A stretch of 64,000 bases of DNA from Tubiluchus corallicola (Eukaryota > Animalia > Priapulida): the NCBI GenBank assembly GCA_030141605.1, contig JAQGDQ010000492.1, positions 62,237-126,236 on the forward strand, given 5' to 3'. Made by a program: the position numbers and the translations under genes. This document shows positions 15,018-26,670 of the stretch, in pieces. Numbering within the stretch: the first letter of the stretch is position 1; every line of letters begins with the position of its first letter. The notes beneath the pieces are model-generated. The model saw only the letters and a list, made by a program, of their open reading frames with translations, was not told the origin of the DNA and made no database searches.

Positions 15018-16183
15018 GATGCGACATTTTTATAGGCTTATCATTATTGCAAAAAAAACATTAACTCTAGATGCAGTTTGTATTTCACAATAAATTTGCC
15101 TTCCCTTAATGTTAGTATCAAAGCACATTCAGATCGATTGATTCGATGCTCTGTATCAAGAATAAGTTATTATCTTAGCATCTCACTTTAGTTCTAGGCT
15201 GAACGTGAGTAAAATTCAATGATGAAACACCTTCTTAATAGTTGACATTTTAACTAGATGTGTAGCTCATATTTACCAGGTAATTAGTTGCCAATCAACT
15301 CTTTACATTTTCTAGCCAACGAAGTAAAATTTTAAGGAGTAGTTGATTACCAGTATCAGTGCTTTGCAAGCAAAAAAAAACAATAACAAAAGTTACCATG
15401 GTTTTTAAATGTTGAGTCACCCTTTTATTGAGTACAAAAATAATGCTAAACATTTAACACAAATTAATTTCTCTCGTGTTTTTTTAATTGTAAAAATGCA
15501 ACAATCTTGAAAGACATGACAACTTTACGATTAAAATTCGATAATTCAGTTATCAGAATTTTAATATCCACACAAGAAGCACAGCTAAACATTAGCATTA
15601 TTACAAAAACCAAGAAAAATATATTCACTACATGGATCTAATTTTTATAATTAGGAATATCTGATCAATATTAGACAATTATTAAAACAATAACCTAATC
15701 AATATATTAGTAGCAATTCAAATATTCTAGACCCACAGAGACAATTGAAATATATTAAACTGAATGAATATCAGAAAATACTTTCACTAATTGACTGAAA
15801 ACAATGAAAACAGTAGAGAACAATGAAATATATTTCTTGAAAGTAGAGAGGATAAACAGCTGAGTGGTTAAGGTGCATGCTTCGCTTAGATTGTATCCTA
15901 ATTCTGACTGCTTATTTTCTTCAGGAAGGAATGTATTTGCTAACAATCGTGGCCAAAACCATTCAGCTGGTTTAAAATCTTATCTTAAAGAACCGTCGTT
16001 GATAATGAGCGAAGTCCTGGTCCTGCCACAAGTGCAGAATTCATTCTAACTTGGAACTTGCTAAACAGAATAAAAATCATTTTACTCACAAGTCGTTACA
16101 TCTCTTTCACACTTTGTTTCATTTTTAGCTTAAAAGTAACTTAAAATCAAGTCTAAGAAGTAAAAAGGGCAGTCAACGTCGTA

Positions 16184-16338
16184 TCACCAAGCATATTTCA
16201 CTTTTCCTTTTTTCTTCTTTGCTCTTCCCTGCATCACCTTCAGCTTCCGTATCGCTCGCTGATTCATCCAGACTGGATACTGTCCGTGATCGTCTCTCAT
16301 GGTTCTCTTGTCAAACTTTCTGTCAACTTCCATTTTCT
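16184..16338 (-). CDS. LLPH: LLP homolog, last coding exon
   Basis: Translates as EKMEVDRKFDKRTMRDDHGQYPVWMNQRAIRKLKVMQGRAKKKKGKVKYAW*, matching the LLPH/LAPS18 C-terminus (D.HGQYP.WMNQR...AW). Acceptor cattttag. Confidence 0.92.
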
Positions 16339-16424
16339 CTAAAATGCAAAGTTGTCAAGCTGTGAACGTTGATGTTCAATAACAGAAATGAACAAATAAA
16401 CTGTAATCATATATGAATCAGTTA

Positions 16425-17019
16425 CCGTATTTTCCCGTGTATAAGAGACCCTTGTGTATAAGAGACCCCTTCAATTTTTAGGCAAAAATTCTGGAAAAAA
16501 GTTTTTTGGTAATGAATAACTTTATTCGTCATAGAAATCATTAAATTCCTCATCACTCTCATCAAAAATATCAACTGGAGTCAGACCTGTGTCACGATGC
16601 TGTATTGCTTACAACCGCTTCATAGTCGAACGCGACACGCCTTGCTTAGGCTGACTCATCTCGTTGACCTCTGCCGACGTATCAATGACGTCGACGGGCA
16701 TGCAGAGAGCTTATGCAGATGCGTTGATTGGCTGCAGAACAATCGATTTCTCTCCAATACCAAAGAGACATTTAAAAAAATAATAACTTACCCGGTACAT
16801 TAATTTTATCATTAGAATTTAGCCATGGAGAAGATTTATTGAAAGGAAACTATAATTATTCGAAATAAAACAGTTGTAGAGCACTTATTTCTTTAAAATC
16901 ATTAGTGTCACAATTTATGCATCTTATTGAAAAGACTTACTCCCATGTATAAGAGACCCCCTATTTTTAAAGTGAAAATTCTGAGCAAAAAAGGGTCTCT
17001 TATACACGGGAAAATACGG
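16425..17019. mobile_element. Tc2/pogo-type non-autonomous DNA transposon (MITE) in an LLPH intron
   Basis: TIR CCGTATTTTCCCGTGTATAAGAGACCCTT, TA on both flanks (16423-24, 17020-21). A second copy lies at 54149-54603. Confidence 0.9.
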
Positions 17020-18650
17020 TACTCAAAATTTCAATCTTCAATTGTTAATTCCAAGAGCTCAAAAAACAGCTAAACTTGCATGATGTGTGACGTCAACGTG
17101 CCATGTGCATCATCCACAAATGTTCACTGTGGTCAACAATGTGTTTGACCAGACACTGCACGGGACAAACCACACGGGCTCATCAAAACCACCCACCCTA
17201 TCCACATCGCAGACACACGGGTGTTCTCAATCCTGAAACCATCCAGATCTGGCACTGCTTGACAACAAAATAAAAGATAAACTCTTCTCCTTAGACAAGC
17301 CACTCAAACAAACACAGAAGAAAAGTAAGAAAAGAAAAGAAAAATGGGAAAAAAATAAAACATGAAAAGAAAAAGCCCAACTGTTAACATATAGGCAGCC
17401 ATGTTGATTAAGCAGTACCTACATATTAATTTTAATAAGTTCTATTAACATGCGTACTTTCATGAATAACATGAAAATATCGAGGTTCAAAATAGAAAAA
17501 CCGGTTAATAAACTGACAGACAGCTTATCCTCTACACATAAATCATGCATTTTGATTTTCACTTTTGTTTGGTTAGAATTTATCAAGGTTTAATCATCAA
17601 CAAAATTCCCAATAAACCTGCCTGCTGCTTAAGCAAGAAGCTGTTTAAGCAAAAAGATAAGTACCACTGTTAATCATGATTCGGAGCTCAGTGGGCCTCA
17701 TTAGCTGAATAGAAAGTGTTGGTAACTTGAGAGTCAAGTTCAGTTTACCAAGCACTTTCCATTCAGGTGAAGACACCCACTATGGCAAAAGCTCCTAAAT
17801 AAATATTATGCTTTTTGATACTATAAAGGGTATTACGAATTTTTCTGTTAACGATGACAGGAGAGTCTCAAGAGAGCTCTCTCTCGTAGTTCAAGTCCTA
17901 ATTTAAGACCGTAGTAATACCTGTGGGATTTATTCTAACTTAATTATACTTGTATTGTTTATTTCAACCAACTATTATTAGTACTGTTGTTTCTCCAAGA
18001 ATCTAAGAGCTGGAAAACGTTTTAAAACATGTTCATTCATGTTATCTAACTAAATTATCTGTATTTGTTGTAGTTTAAAATTAGCATGCCAGTTTTAAAA
18101 TAAAAACAAAAAGTAATGTTATTCTTCTTCTAGACAACTCCATGGCTTATTTTAATTTTTATTTAGTGTCAAACCTTGTTATAATGTCCTATTTTATAAT
18201 GTATTACTATAATGTATTTCATAAGTATTACTATAAAGAAACAAAGTCAGGCTTGCCTTAAGATAAATAATTAACAAAAATATTAAGACCCTCTTGCATT
18301 TGGGCATGCAAACATCATGCCTGCGATGTATTTTGCTATATTAACTGATCATATGCTCATCTGCAAGATTTATTCAGTTTTTGTACTTTGCTTTTTGTTT
18401 GAATGTTCCATTCTATACACAACCCTTATATCGACTGCCAGAGTTACACAAGTCCCAATGGCATCTTTCAACCATGATTATAACCAGAAAAATAGCGTAA
18501 AATTAACTAATATTACGTTGATATACAATATAAATTTTGACACATTGGTATTAATTTGGACCACGAAGATCTCATTGAGGTTTATAAAAACAGGCTGGAA
18601 AAGAAACATTTTGCTTGAAAGTTTCCGAAAACATTTTGCCTAAATATAGT

Positions 18651-19755
18651 GTTTCTACGAGTTGGCTCGGTTACTCATAATCATGACAGTTGTCACGGGT
18701 TTCTACGAGTGTGCTCGGTTACTCATAATCATGACAGTTGTCACGGGTTTCTACGAGTGTGCTCGGTTACTCATAATCATGACAGTTGTCACGGGTTTCT
18801 ACGAGTGTGCTCGGTTACTCATAATCATGACAGTTGTCACGGGTTTCTACGAGTGTGCTCGGTTACTCATAATCATGACAGTTGTCACGGGTTTCTACGA
18901 GTGTGCTCGGTTACTCATAATCATGACAGTTGTCAAGGGTTTCTACGAGTGTGCTCGGTTACTCATAATCATGACAGTTGTCAAGGGTTTCTACGAGTGT
19001 GCTCGGTTACTCATAATCATGACAGTTGTCAAGGGTTTCTACGAGTGTGCTCGGTTACTCATAATCATGACAGTTGTCAAGGGTTTCTACGAGTGTGCTC
19101 GGTTACTCATAATCATGACAGTTGTCACGGGTTTCTACGAGTGTGCTCGGTTACTCATAATCATGACAGTTGTCAAGGGTTTCTACGAGTGTGCTCGGTT
19201 ACTCATAATCATGACAGTTGTCAAGGGTTTCTACGAGTGTGCTCGCTTACTCATAATCATGACAGTTGTCAAGGGTTTCTACGAGTGCTCGGTTACTCAT
19301 AATCATGACAGTTGTCAAGGGTTTCTACGAGTGTGCTCGCTTACTCATTAATCATGACAGTTGTCAAGGGTTTCTACGAGTGCTCGCTTACTCATAATCA
19401 TGACAGTTGTCACGGGTTTCTACGAGTGTGCTCGGTTACTCATTAATCATGACAGTTGTCAAGGGTTTCTACGAGTGTGCTCGGTTACTCATAATCATGA
19501 CAGTTGTCAAGGGTTTCTACGAGTGTGCTCGGTTACTCATAATCATGACAGTTGTCACGGGTTTCTACGAGTGCTCGCTTACTCATAATCATGACAGTTG
19601 TCAAGGGTTTCTACGAGTGTGCTCGCTTACTCATAATCATGACAGTTGTCACGGGTTTCTACGAGTGTGCTCGGTTACTCATAATCATGACAGTTGTCAC
19701 GGATTTCTACGAGTGTGCTCGGTTGCTCATAATCATGACAGTTGTAACGGATTCC
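18651..19755. repeat. 48-bp minisatellite, about 23 copies
   Basis: Unit gggtttctacgagtgtgctcggttactcataatcatgacagttgtcac; intronic in LLPH. Confidence 0.95.
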
Positions 19756-20592
19756 TGTAGATCAGTTCAACTCTGCAGCTAGGCCTCAACTATTGCTGAC
19801 CAAGGCTGACTAGCTTATTCTCTACATCCTGCGCAAATTTACTCAGAGGTTTGCAAACAATAATTTTCACCTTCAGGTTAGCTTTGAATTATTTATACCT
19901 GCTAAACTTGGGCTTCAATGATCTGAAGTTATAAATTTCTTCTCAACTCTGTCAGGTAGGCTATTTGAAGTCTGCGAATGTTAAAGCAGCATCATATGAT
20001 CAGTTTAATCTTGTTACGTTAATGAGGTCCTTTTTACAGTTAATCAGAATTTAATACTTGTTTTTATCTAACTTGCAATGCCATAAACTAAATTAAACTG
20101 TGTATTTTCTTGACAGCGAAATGGTTTAATCGGCGTAAGTGTTGTGCATTTCTTCCTATAATAAACGAAAACTGGACTGTATATTCCACTAATTTACTTG
20201 AAATTTCAATTGACAATAATAAAATCTAGAACCAGGTGAATGTTTTACCCTCATTACTAACGTTTAACTAATAAAAAGTTCAGGAAATTTCATAATAGTA
20301 TTAGATGCCCGACAAAATGCACTTGCAGTTAAACGTCCCGATAGCACTGGCATTAATCAAGCTCTGCAAGGGTGTGAAAAATCTTGCACACTGATTTGCC
20401 AGTCAGTGAGAATTATTGACATTATGCTTAACGTCAATAGCAGGAGCAACATAGTAGTACTTAATATGACGATTTATTAATTTTTTACAAAAAGGCCTGG
20501 GCCTTCTCTCTAATAACTTCACTTTGCATTGCAAACAACAGTAAATGCTATCATGAAATTTGATAATGACAAAAATTCATGCAGTAACTTAC

Positions 20593-20646
20593 CAGAACTT
20601 TTTTCTTGACTTTTGGATTTTGACAAGACATCATCAGCATTGGTTA
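20593..20646 (-). CDS. LLPH: LLP homolog, middle coding exon (54 nt)
   Basis: Acceptor polyT-ag| and donor TCTG|gtaagt, phase 1-1. Encodes VTNADDVLSKSKSQEKSS and joins the flanking exons in frame (116 aa total). Confidence 0.8.
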
Positions 20647-20862
20647 CTAAAAAAAGCTTTGAGAATTACTTATACAATTATATCACATGAAGGTCTGAAA
20701 TAAAACTAAGCATTACAGTTCCGCACAGTATTTAGATGGTTGATAGCAAATGCCACAAGGCTGGGCAATTCTTGCAGCACCAAAAAACACATTACATGTT
20801 ATGAAATACGGCTCTCTCTCTAGCTCCTGTCACCTATCTGTCTTATAAAAAAATTGTTCCTG

Positions 20863-21346
20863 TAATGAAGTGCACACTTTAGGCACTGCAAGTCTGAGGA
20901 ACTAATGAAGTGCACACTTTAGGCATTGCAAGTCTGAGGAACTAATGAAGTGCACACTTTAGGCACTGCAAGTCTGAGGAACTAATGAAGTGCACACTTT
21001 AGGCATTGCAAGTCTGAGGAACTAATGAAGTGCACACTTTAGGCATTGCAAGTCTGAGGAACTAATGAAGTGCACACTTTAGGCACTGCAAGTCTGAGGA
21101 ACTAATGAAGTGCACACTTTAGGCACTGCAAGTCTGAGGAACTAATGAAGTGCACACTTTAGGCACTGCAAGTCTGAGGAACTAATGACGTGCACACTTT
21201 AGGCACTGCAAGTCTGAGGAACTAATGAAGTGCACACTTTAGGCACTGCAAGTCTGAGGAACTAATGAAGTGCACACTTTAGGCATTGCAAGTCTGAGGA
21301 ACTAATGAAGTGCACACTTTAGGCATTGCAAGTCTGAGGAACTAAT
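20863..21346. repeat. 40-bp minisatellite, about 12 copies
   Basis: Unit actaatgaagtgcacactttaggcactgcaagtctgagga. Confidence 0.95.
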
Positions 21347-21462
21347 TCGTACCCATCAGAAATAAAAGTGTTAAATAGATTCATATTCCTAAGGTGTGGT
21401 TGCTACTTAGTTCATAAAAAACCATGATGCAAAATAATTTCATGAATAACATTTAAACCGCT

Positions 21463-21625
<163 letters not shown>

Positions 21626-22592
21626 TAAATGTATGTATGTATATGACAAGATGCAATCATCAACTATTGTCAAATTGTTTCACAAGTTAATGTTGAACCT
21701 ATTACAAAAATTTTTAACTTGGCTTGAACAGCATCCAAATTAAATTTATTTGCATGTTAAGCAACTTGAAGGGCGCCTGATTATGATTTCATCACATTTT
21801 TAACCTTGTTTTCACAAGTATAGAGTCTTTCATAAGCATTATACAGCATTGGGCATAACAATCTGCAGTTCTATAAAGCAGTTATTAAAATTATACAATG
21901 TTGGGTATCAAATTTTGTATTGAGTACGTGCAGCACTTACTAAGATTTTAGCACGTTGTATTTTACTTGAAGCAGGTCAAGAAAGGGCTGAATTAAACCA
22001 TTCCATGCTATATCAAAACTGATTGTGTGTGACTATAGATATATTTTCCTAGTAGAGTTTGTTTCCTTTGTTGGTTGTGCTGGTCGCCATTTTACTTTTG
22101 TAGGTTTTGTGGCATATCAATGAGATGACATTAGTCCCAATAAAACGATCAACAATTACCTCAACCTTGATGCATATTTTAATGGGTAATAAAGAAACTT
22201 GTCAATGGAAAATTTAATCTGTTGTCACGCCATGTTGCTACCAATAGACATTACACATGCCTATTAAAATCACATGTAAAAATGTGAGAATCGAATATGG
22301 TTGATATTTTGTATCTCTGGACTGAACACTCACAACGGGTATTAAGTGAAGACAATGGTTGACACACCACTTATTAAATTTAATATAAAGAAGTTTTGCA
22401 TCGTCAGTGCTGCTTTCCATAATGAAATTTTTTATCCATGTGCCAACGCAGGTACTATATACAATATGAACTGTGCAAATCATGCAGTGAATATAAACAC
22501 CACTGTAACGACAAACAGACGTCAGATCAAAGTTACACATCACACTAAGTAAGAGTAAACATTTTTGAAAGTCACCGAATAACCCACCTATT

Positions 22593-22606
22593 TTATTATT
22601 ATCATT

Positions 22607-22647
<41 letters not shown>

Positions 22648-22665
22648 TATTATTATTATTGTCAT
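22593..22665. repeat. (ATC/ATT)n microsatellite
   Basis: Direct inspection. Confidence 0.9.
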
Positions 22666-23557
22666 TACAATTCTTTATTATGAGCATAAAGACACGTTAA
22701 ATCTGTACTTGCAAACAAAAACTGTCTATAAGTAACCATAATTAAAACTATGTTGTGGTGCTTCAAAGTAGAATGCGCCAAAAATTTGGTCAAATAAAAA
22801 CAATATTTCAAACCTAAACAGATTTTAGCAACACATTATCAAGAAAATGTTCAAAAATACTAAAATCTAATTCCGTACCCACCGCTCCGGATAGAAACTA
22901 GTGCTGTAATTGTAAAAAAACTTTTATTTTCAAACTCTGATAGCAACTTATGGAAGCACTCATTTTACTTGGAGTTTTTAATGTTGCCAAGCCCAGATCT
23001 TCTTCAGGAAGAGCCATCTACTGGATATAAACATAATTTTAACGTGTTTTTGCAAAGTCCATAGCAACCAACATTTGTGAGGTTGCTAAGCGTTTTGTAG
23101 AAATGGCTGATTCTAACAGTGTTTTTCACAAGGGTACAGTTTTCAGTGCATAGCCTGCACTTCAACTTCAATTATCTTAGCTTAGAAATAACACAGAAGG
23201 AAGAATTTGGTATCAAAACGATCCCCATGAAATAGAGATTCACGATATGTGAATAACTAGAAAAGCTTGACTGCCGACTTACGGTCGCTTTTGCTATGCA
23301 AGCACACATATATCAAAAATACAGAGACATGGGAAGTTGCAGGTGACAGGGTAGCATGTTCTAAAGTGATTGCAAGAGTCACAACAGAGAACGTGTGACT
23401 CCAGAAATGATGATGAGGATTTTGAGTATATATGCACAATCTCTCTGCAAATTTAAAACTTATTAGTCAATCTATAACTGAAATGGGTTAAATATAAAAT
23501 GAACAGATAGCCAGGGAGGCATCACCTCTACTGTCAAAAATCTAGCATGAAAGTCAC

Positions 23558-23699
23558 CTTTCACTAGCTCTTGATTCTTCATGTATTTCTTGTGGCCCTC
23601 CACAATTTTTTTCAACTTTGCCAATTCCTTAGGTGCATTTTTGAGGCGTTTCCTGGCACGATGACGTCGTTTGCTCTTACTTCGTAAACTCTTTGCCAT
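23558..23699 (-). CDS. LLPH: LLP homolog, first coding exon
   Basis: [33 protein letters not shown] matches the LLPH N-terminus ([25 protein letters not shown]). Donor AAA G|gtgact. An acceptor tttttactgtag at 23729 implies an upstream non-coding exon. Confidence 0.93.
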
Positions 23700-24400
23700 T
23701 GTTAGTAACTAAACTATGTATAGTAAACCTACAGTAAAAATAAAAGCAAGTTCATTTGTTTAGGTAACATGGATAACTGGATATATTTCTCAATAGCACA
23801 GTTTAAAAATATCTCTCAATGTCTTTGGCGGGACTGTTTTATTAAAATACTTACAAAGACTGAAATCACAAACACAATATTGATTTATGCTAAAGTGATA
23901 AATGAGCAAAATAAAGAAAAGAAAATTATGGCTCCTAACAATATTAAGAAAATATGTGTTATAGGTTTCATTAATCACGAATAAGACTTTAAAAATTTCA
24001 AACTTTATTCCACACAAATGAAATTCTAATCGAAAATAGCATCACAATATGAAGTGTGCTTTAAAAATAACTAAATTTTAGCTTGTTTTTTATCAATTTT
24101 ACAGCAGCACTAAAAACAAATTAAAAGTATCAATACTTAGCAAAATTTTATTGTGGCAATTTATGGCAATAGCATAAGCAAAATATCAAAGCAAAGTTAG
24201 TGTACTGTACATTACCATTACACCACCAAAGAATTTTTAGCTTTTTCAGGAAAGCAGACCAACTAGTACAGTTAAATTAGTCAACTCAACAAGTTTTAAG
24301 CTAAAATAATTAGTGTTGATTGAACAAGAAATGAAATTAGATTTGTTAAATAGCTTGCAATTATAGGCTTCTCAGGTCTATCTAATTGAAGCTTAGCTTT

Positions 24401-24850
24401 CATAGTACTGGCAACATACATTAATAGTACATACATTCATAGTACTGGCAACATACATTAATAGTACATACATACATAGTACTGGCAACATACATTAATA
24501 GTACATACATACATAGTACTGGCAACATACATTAATAGTACATACATACATAGTACTGGCAACATACATTAATAGTAAATACATACATAGTACTGGCAAT
24601 AGTACATACATACATAATACTGGCAACATACATTAATAGTAAATACATACATAGTACTAGCAACATACATTAATAGTACATACATACATAGTACTGGCAA
24701 CATACATTAATAGTAAATACATACATAGTACTGGCAATAGTACATACATACATAATACTGGCAACATACATTAATACTAAATACATACATAGTACTAGCA
24801 ACATACATTAATAGTACATACATACATAGTACTGGCAACATACACATTAT
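24401..24850. repeat. About 37-bp minisatellite, about 12 copies
   Basis: Unit catagtactggcaacatacattaatagtacatacata with deletion variants. Confidence 0.92.
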
Positions 24851-26397
24851 TAATTATACATTATATACAAACTCATTAAAGTGCATACCAAAGCAGCTGT
24901 AAAATATTTAGTAGGTATAATTTCATTTTTGAAGTTTTAAGGCTTTTATCTGTACAGAAAAGAGCAGACATGTTTATCAACACACATAGAAAAACAGATA
25001 GTCTAAAAATATGTGAACAAGTATGCGAAAATCTACAAACACAGTCGTGAAACGAAGAATGACTTCTACTTTATTAACTTTATTGAGATACAAAATATCT
25101 CAGACATGTTGATAATTACATTAATAGCTGCACAAAACTGAATAAAGTAAATGGAAAAGTTTTGCTCAAGGTCAGAATATTCAAGGTCACGGCATTCATT
25201 ACAAGTAGTGGCTGTCAAAGAAGAGAAAGTCTAACCATCAAAACCAGCTCAATTAAGTTGACACAGAAATAGCAAAACTGTTAAATTCCCTAAGGCAACA
25301 GATCCTCGACATGCAGAGCAGTGTGGATACTGATAACTGTGCATTTCACGTGTCATGAGCTTGTTTACAAAACTCAATTTTGCCAACATTTAAGAATATA
25401 ATTAAAATGTCTCGAATGTACAAATGACAATTAAATTGATTCACTATAATTAAGGAACATTGCTTACAATCACAACTTCCCTATTTTAATATCCCATGAA
25501 ACGAATCTTCTTAGTTGACACTGATGTTGAAAATGATGAGATATCTATGCAAATTGTTATGATACTGTGAATAATTATTGAAGAAAAAATGGTTATGCCC
25601 ACACCAGTTAAACACAAACAGATGGAAAAAATCAATGTAGATTCTTACAACAGTAACACTGTGTAAAGCAGTGTGCACAGGTAAACTGTAAACCTAGCCA
25701 AATCTAGCTTGGTGTAACATGTAACATGCGAGCATATATAAAAGAGACACAAACTTTTGCATTGGCTGTTGCACACTGAGGCATCATTAGTGAATGAATT
25801 GATACTCAGCAGTTCTTAGGGTTTATAGCTTTGTTTTTTTTTGGAACTTATACCAGTTATTTGCCAACATGGCATTTCTGCACACACTGCTTTAATACTC
25901 AGAATATGACATACAAACACCAGTGATGGAGAAGAGCAGTTTTGCCTGCTTCATTGTAATTCAGTAAAGAAGAAAAAGATAAAAATTTGATCACGTTTTC
26001 TTAAATCAATAAATTGGTTCATTAATTTTTTACATAAAACTCTTTACCTATATTAGTGCACAAACTTAATTCTGCAATAATGGCATAAAATTACATGCAG
26101 TTTGTATACATTTAATAAGTACCCACACTTTCATTTCACAATTAAATCAATTAATTTAATGATAATTTTTCTGCTATAAAGTTGTGAGTAACAATATGCC
26201 AATAATCAAGTTACTAACTCGGTAAGTAGCTCACACAATGTTCTTTGAAGTTATGTTTTAAAATAGTTTAAAGAAAGGAGAAAAAACACATATTCAAATA
26301 CTCAAAAACTTAATGTCACCATCACTAGACAGACAAAGCTACAGCTATAGATATAGCAATAAGCCAAATCAAAACCCAATCACACACTTCTTTATGA

Positions 26398-26670
26398 CTA
26401 TTCCACGACACTTGGATCTTTCTCCAAAACTCCCACAAGAAACTCTGAAAGTCTTTGTGCAATAAACGTCTTCACAATTTTGTGTGCTTTCTGATTCTGG
26501 ATGGCGCTAGTAGCGTCTTTGCCAGCATATCGCAGTATGGCTTCGCCACCAGGGTGCAGTTCAATATATGGAGTGACGTTATAAATGTTGCCTTCATAAA
26601 TCAACCATGCATCAGTGCTGGTACAATGAGCAGATACTTGTGACTTAGTAAAAGTTTCCAAGTTTGCCAT
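26398..26670 (-). CDS. Small soluble cytochrome b5-like heme-binding domain protein (about 90 aa, single coding exon)
   Basis: FTKSQVSAH...DAWLIYEGNIYNVTPYIELHPGGEAILRYAGKDAT...H...FLVGVL is the canonical cyt-b5 fold with HPGG. An alternative in-frame ATG lies at 26715. Confidence 0.88.
   Translation of the reverse strand: MANLETFTKSQVSAHCTSTDAWLIYEGNIYNVTPYIELHPGGEAILRYAGKDATSAIQNQKAHKIVKTFIAQRLSEFLVGVLEKDPSVVE

Noticed and set aside
18651-19782. ORFs of repeated 16-aa units (GFLRVCSVTHNHDSCH and similar), or a CRISPR-like array
   Set aside because: These are head-to-tail 48-bp units with no unique spacers, open in several frames, broken by indels and located inside an LLPH intron.
22969-23020. 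Possible extra LLPH exon (ag|TAGATGGCT...CCAA|gt)
   Set aside because: In the phase-1 frame it hits TGA after five codons, and the three-exon model is already complete. At most it is an unsupported poison exon.
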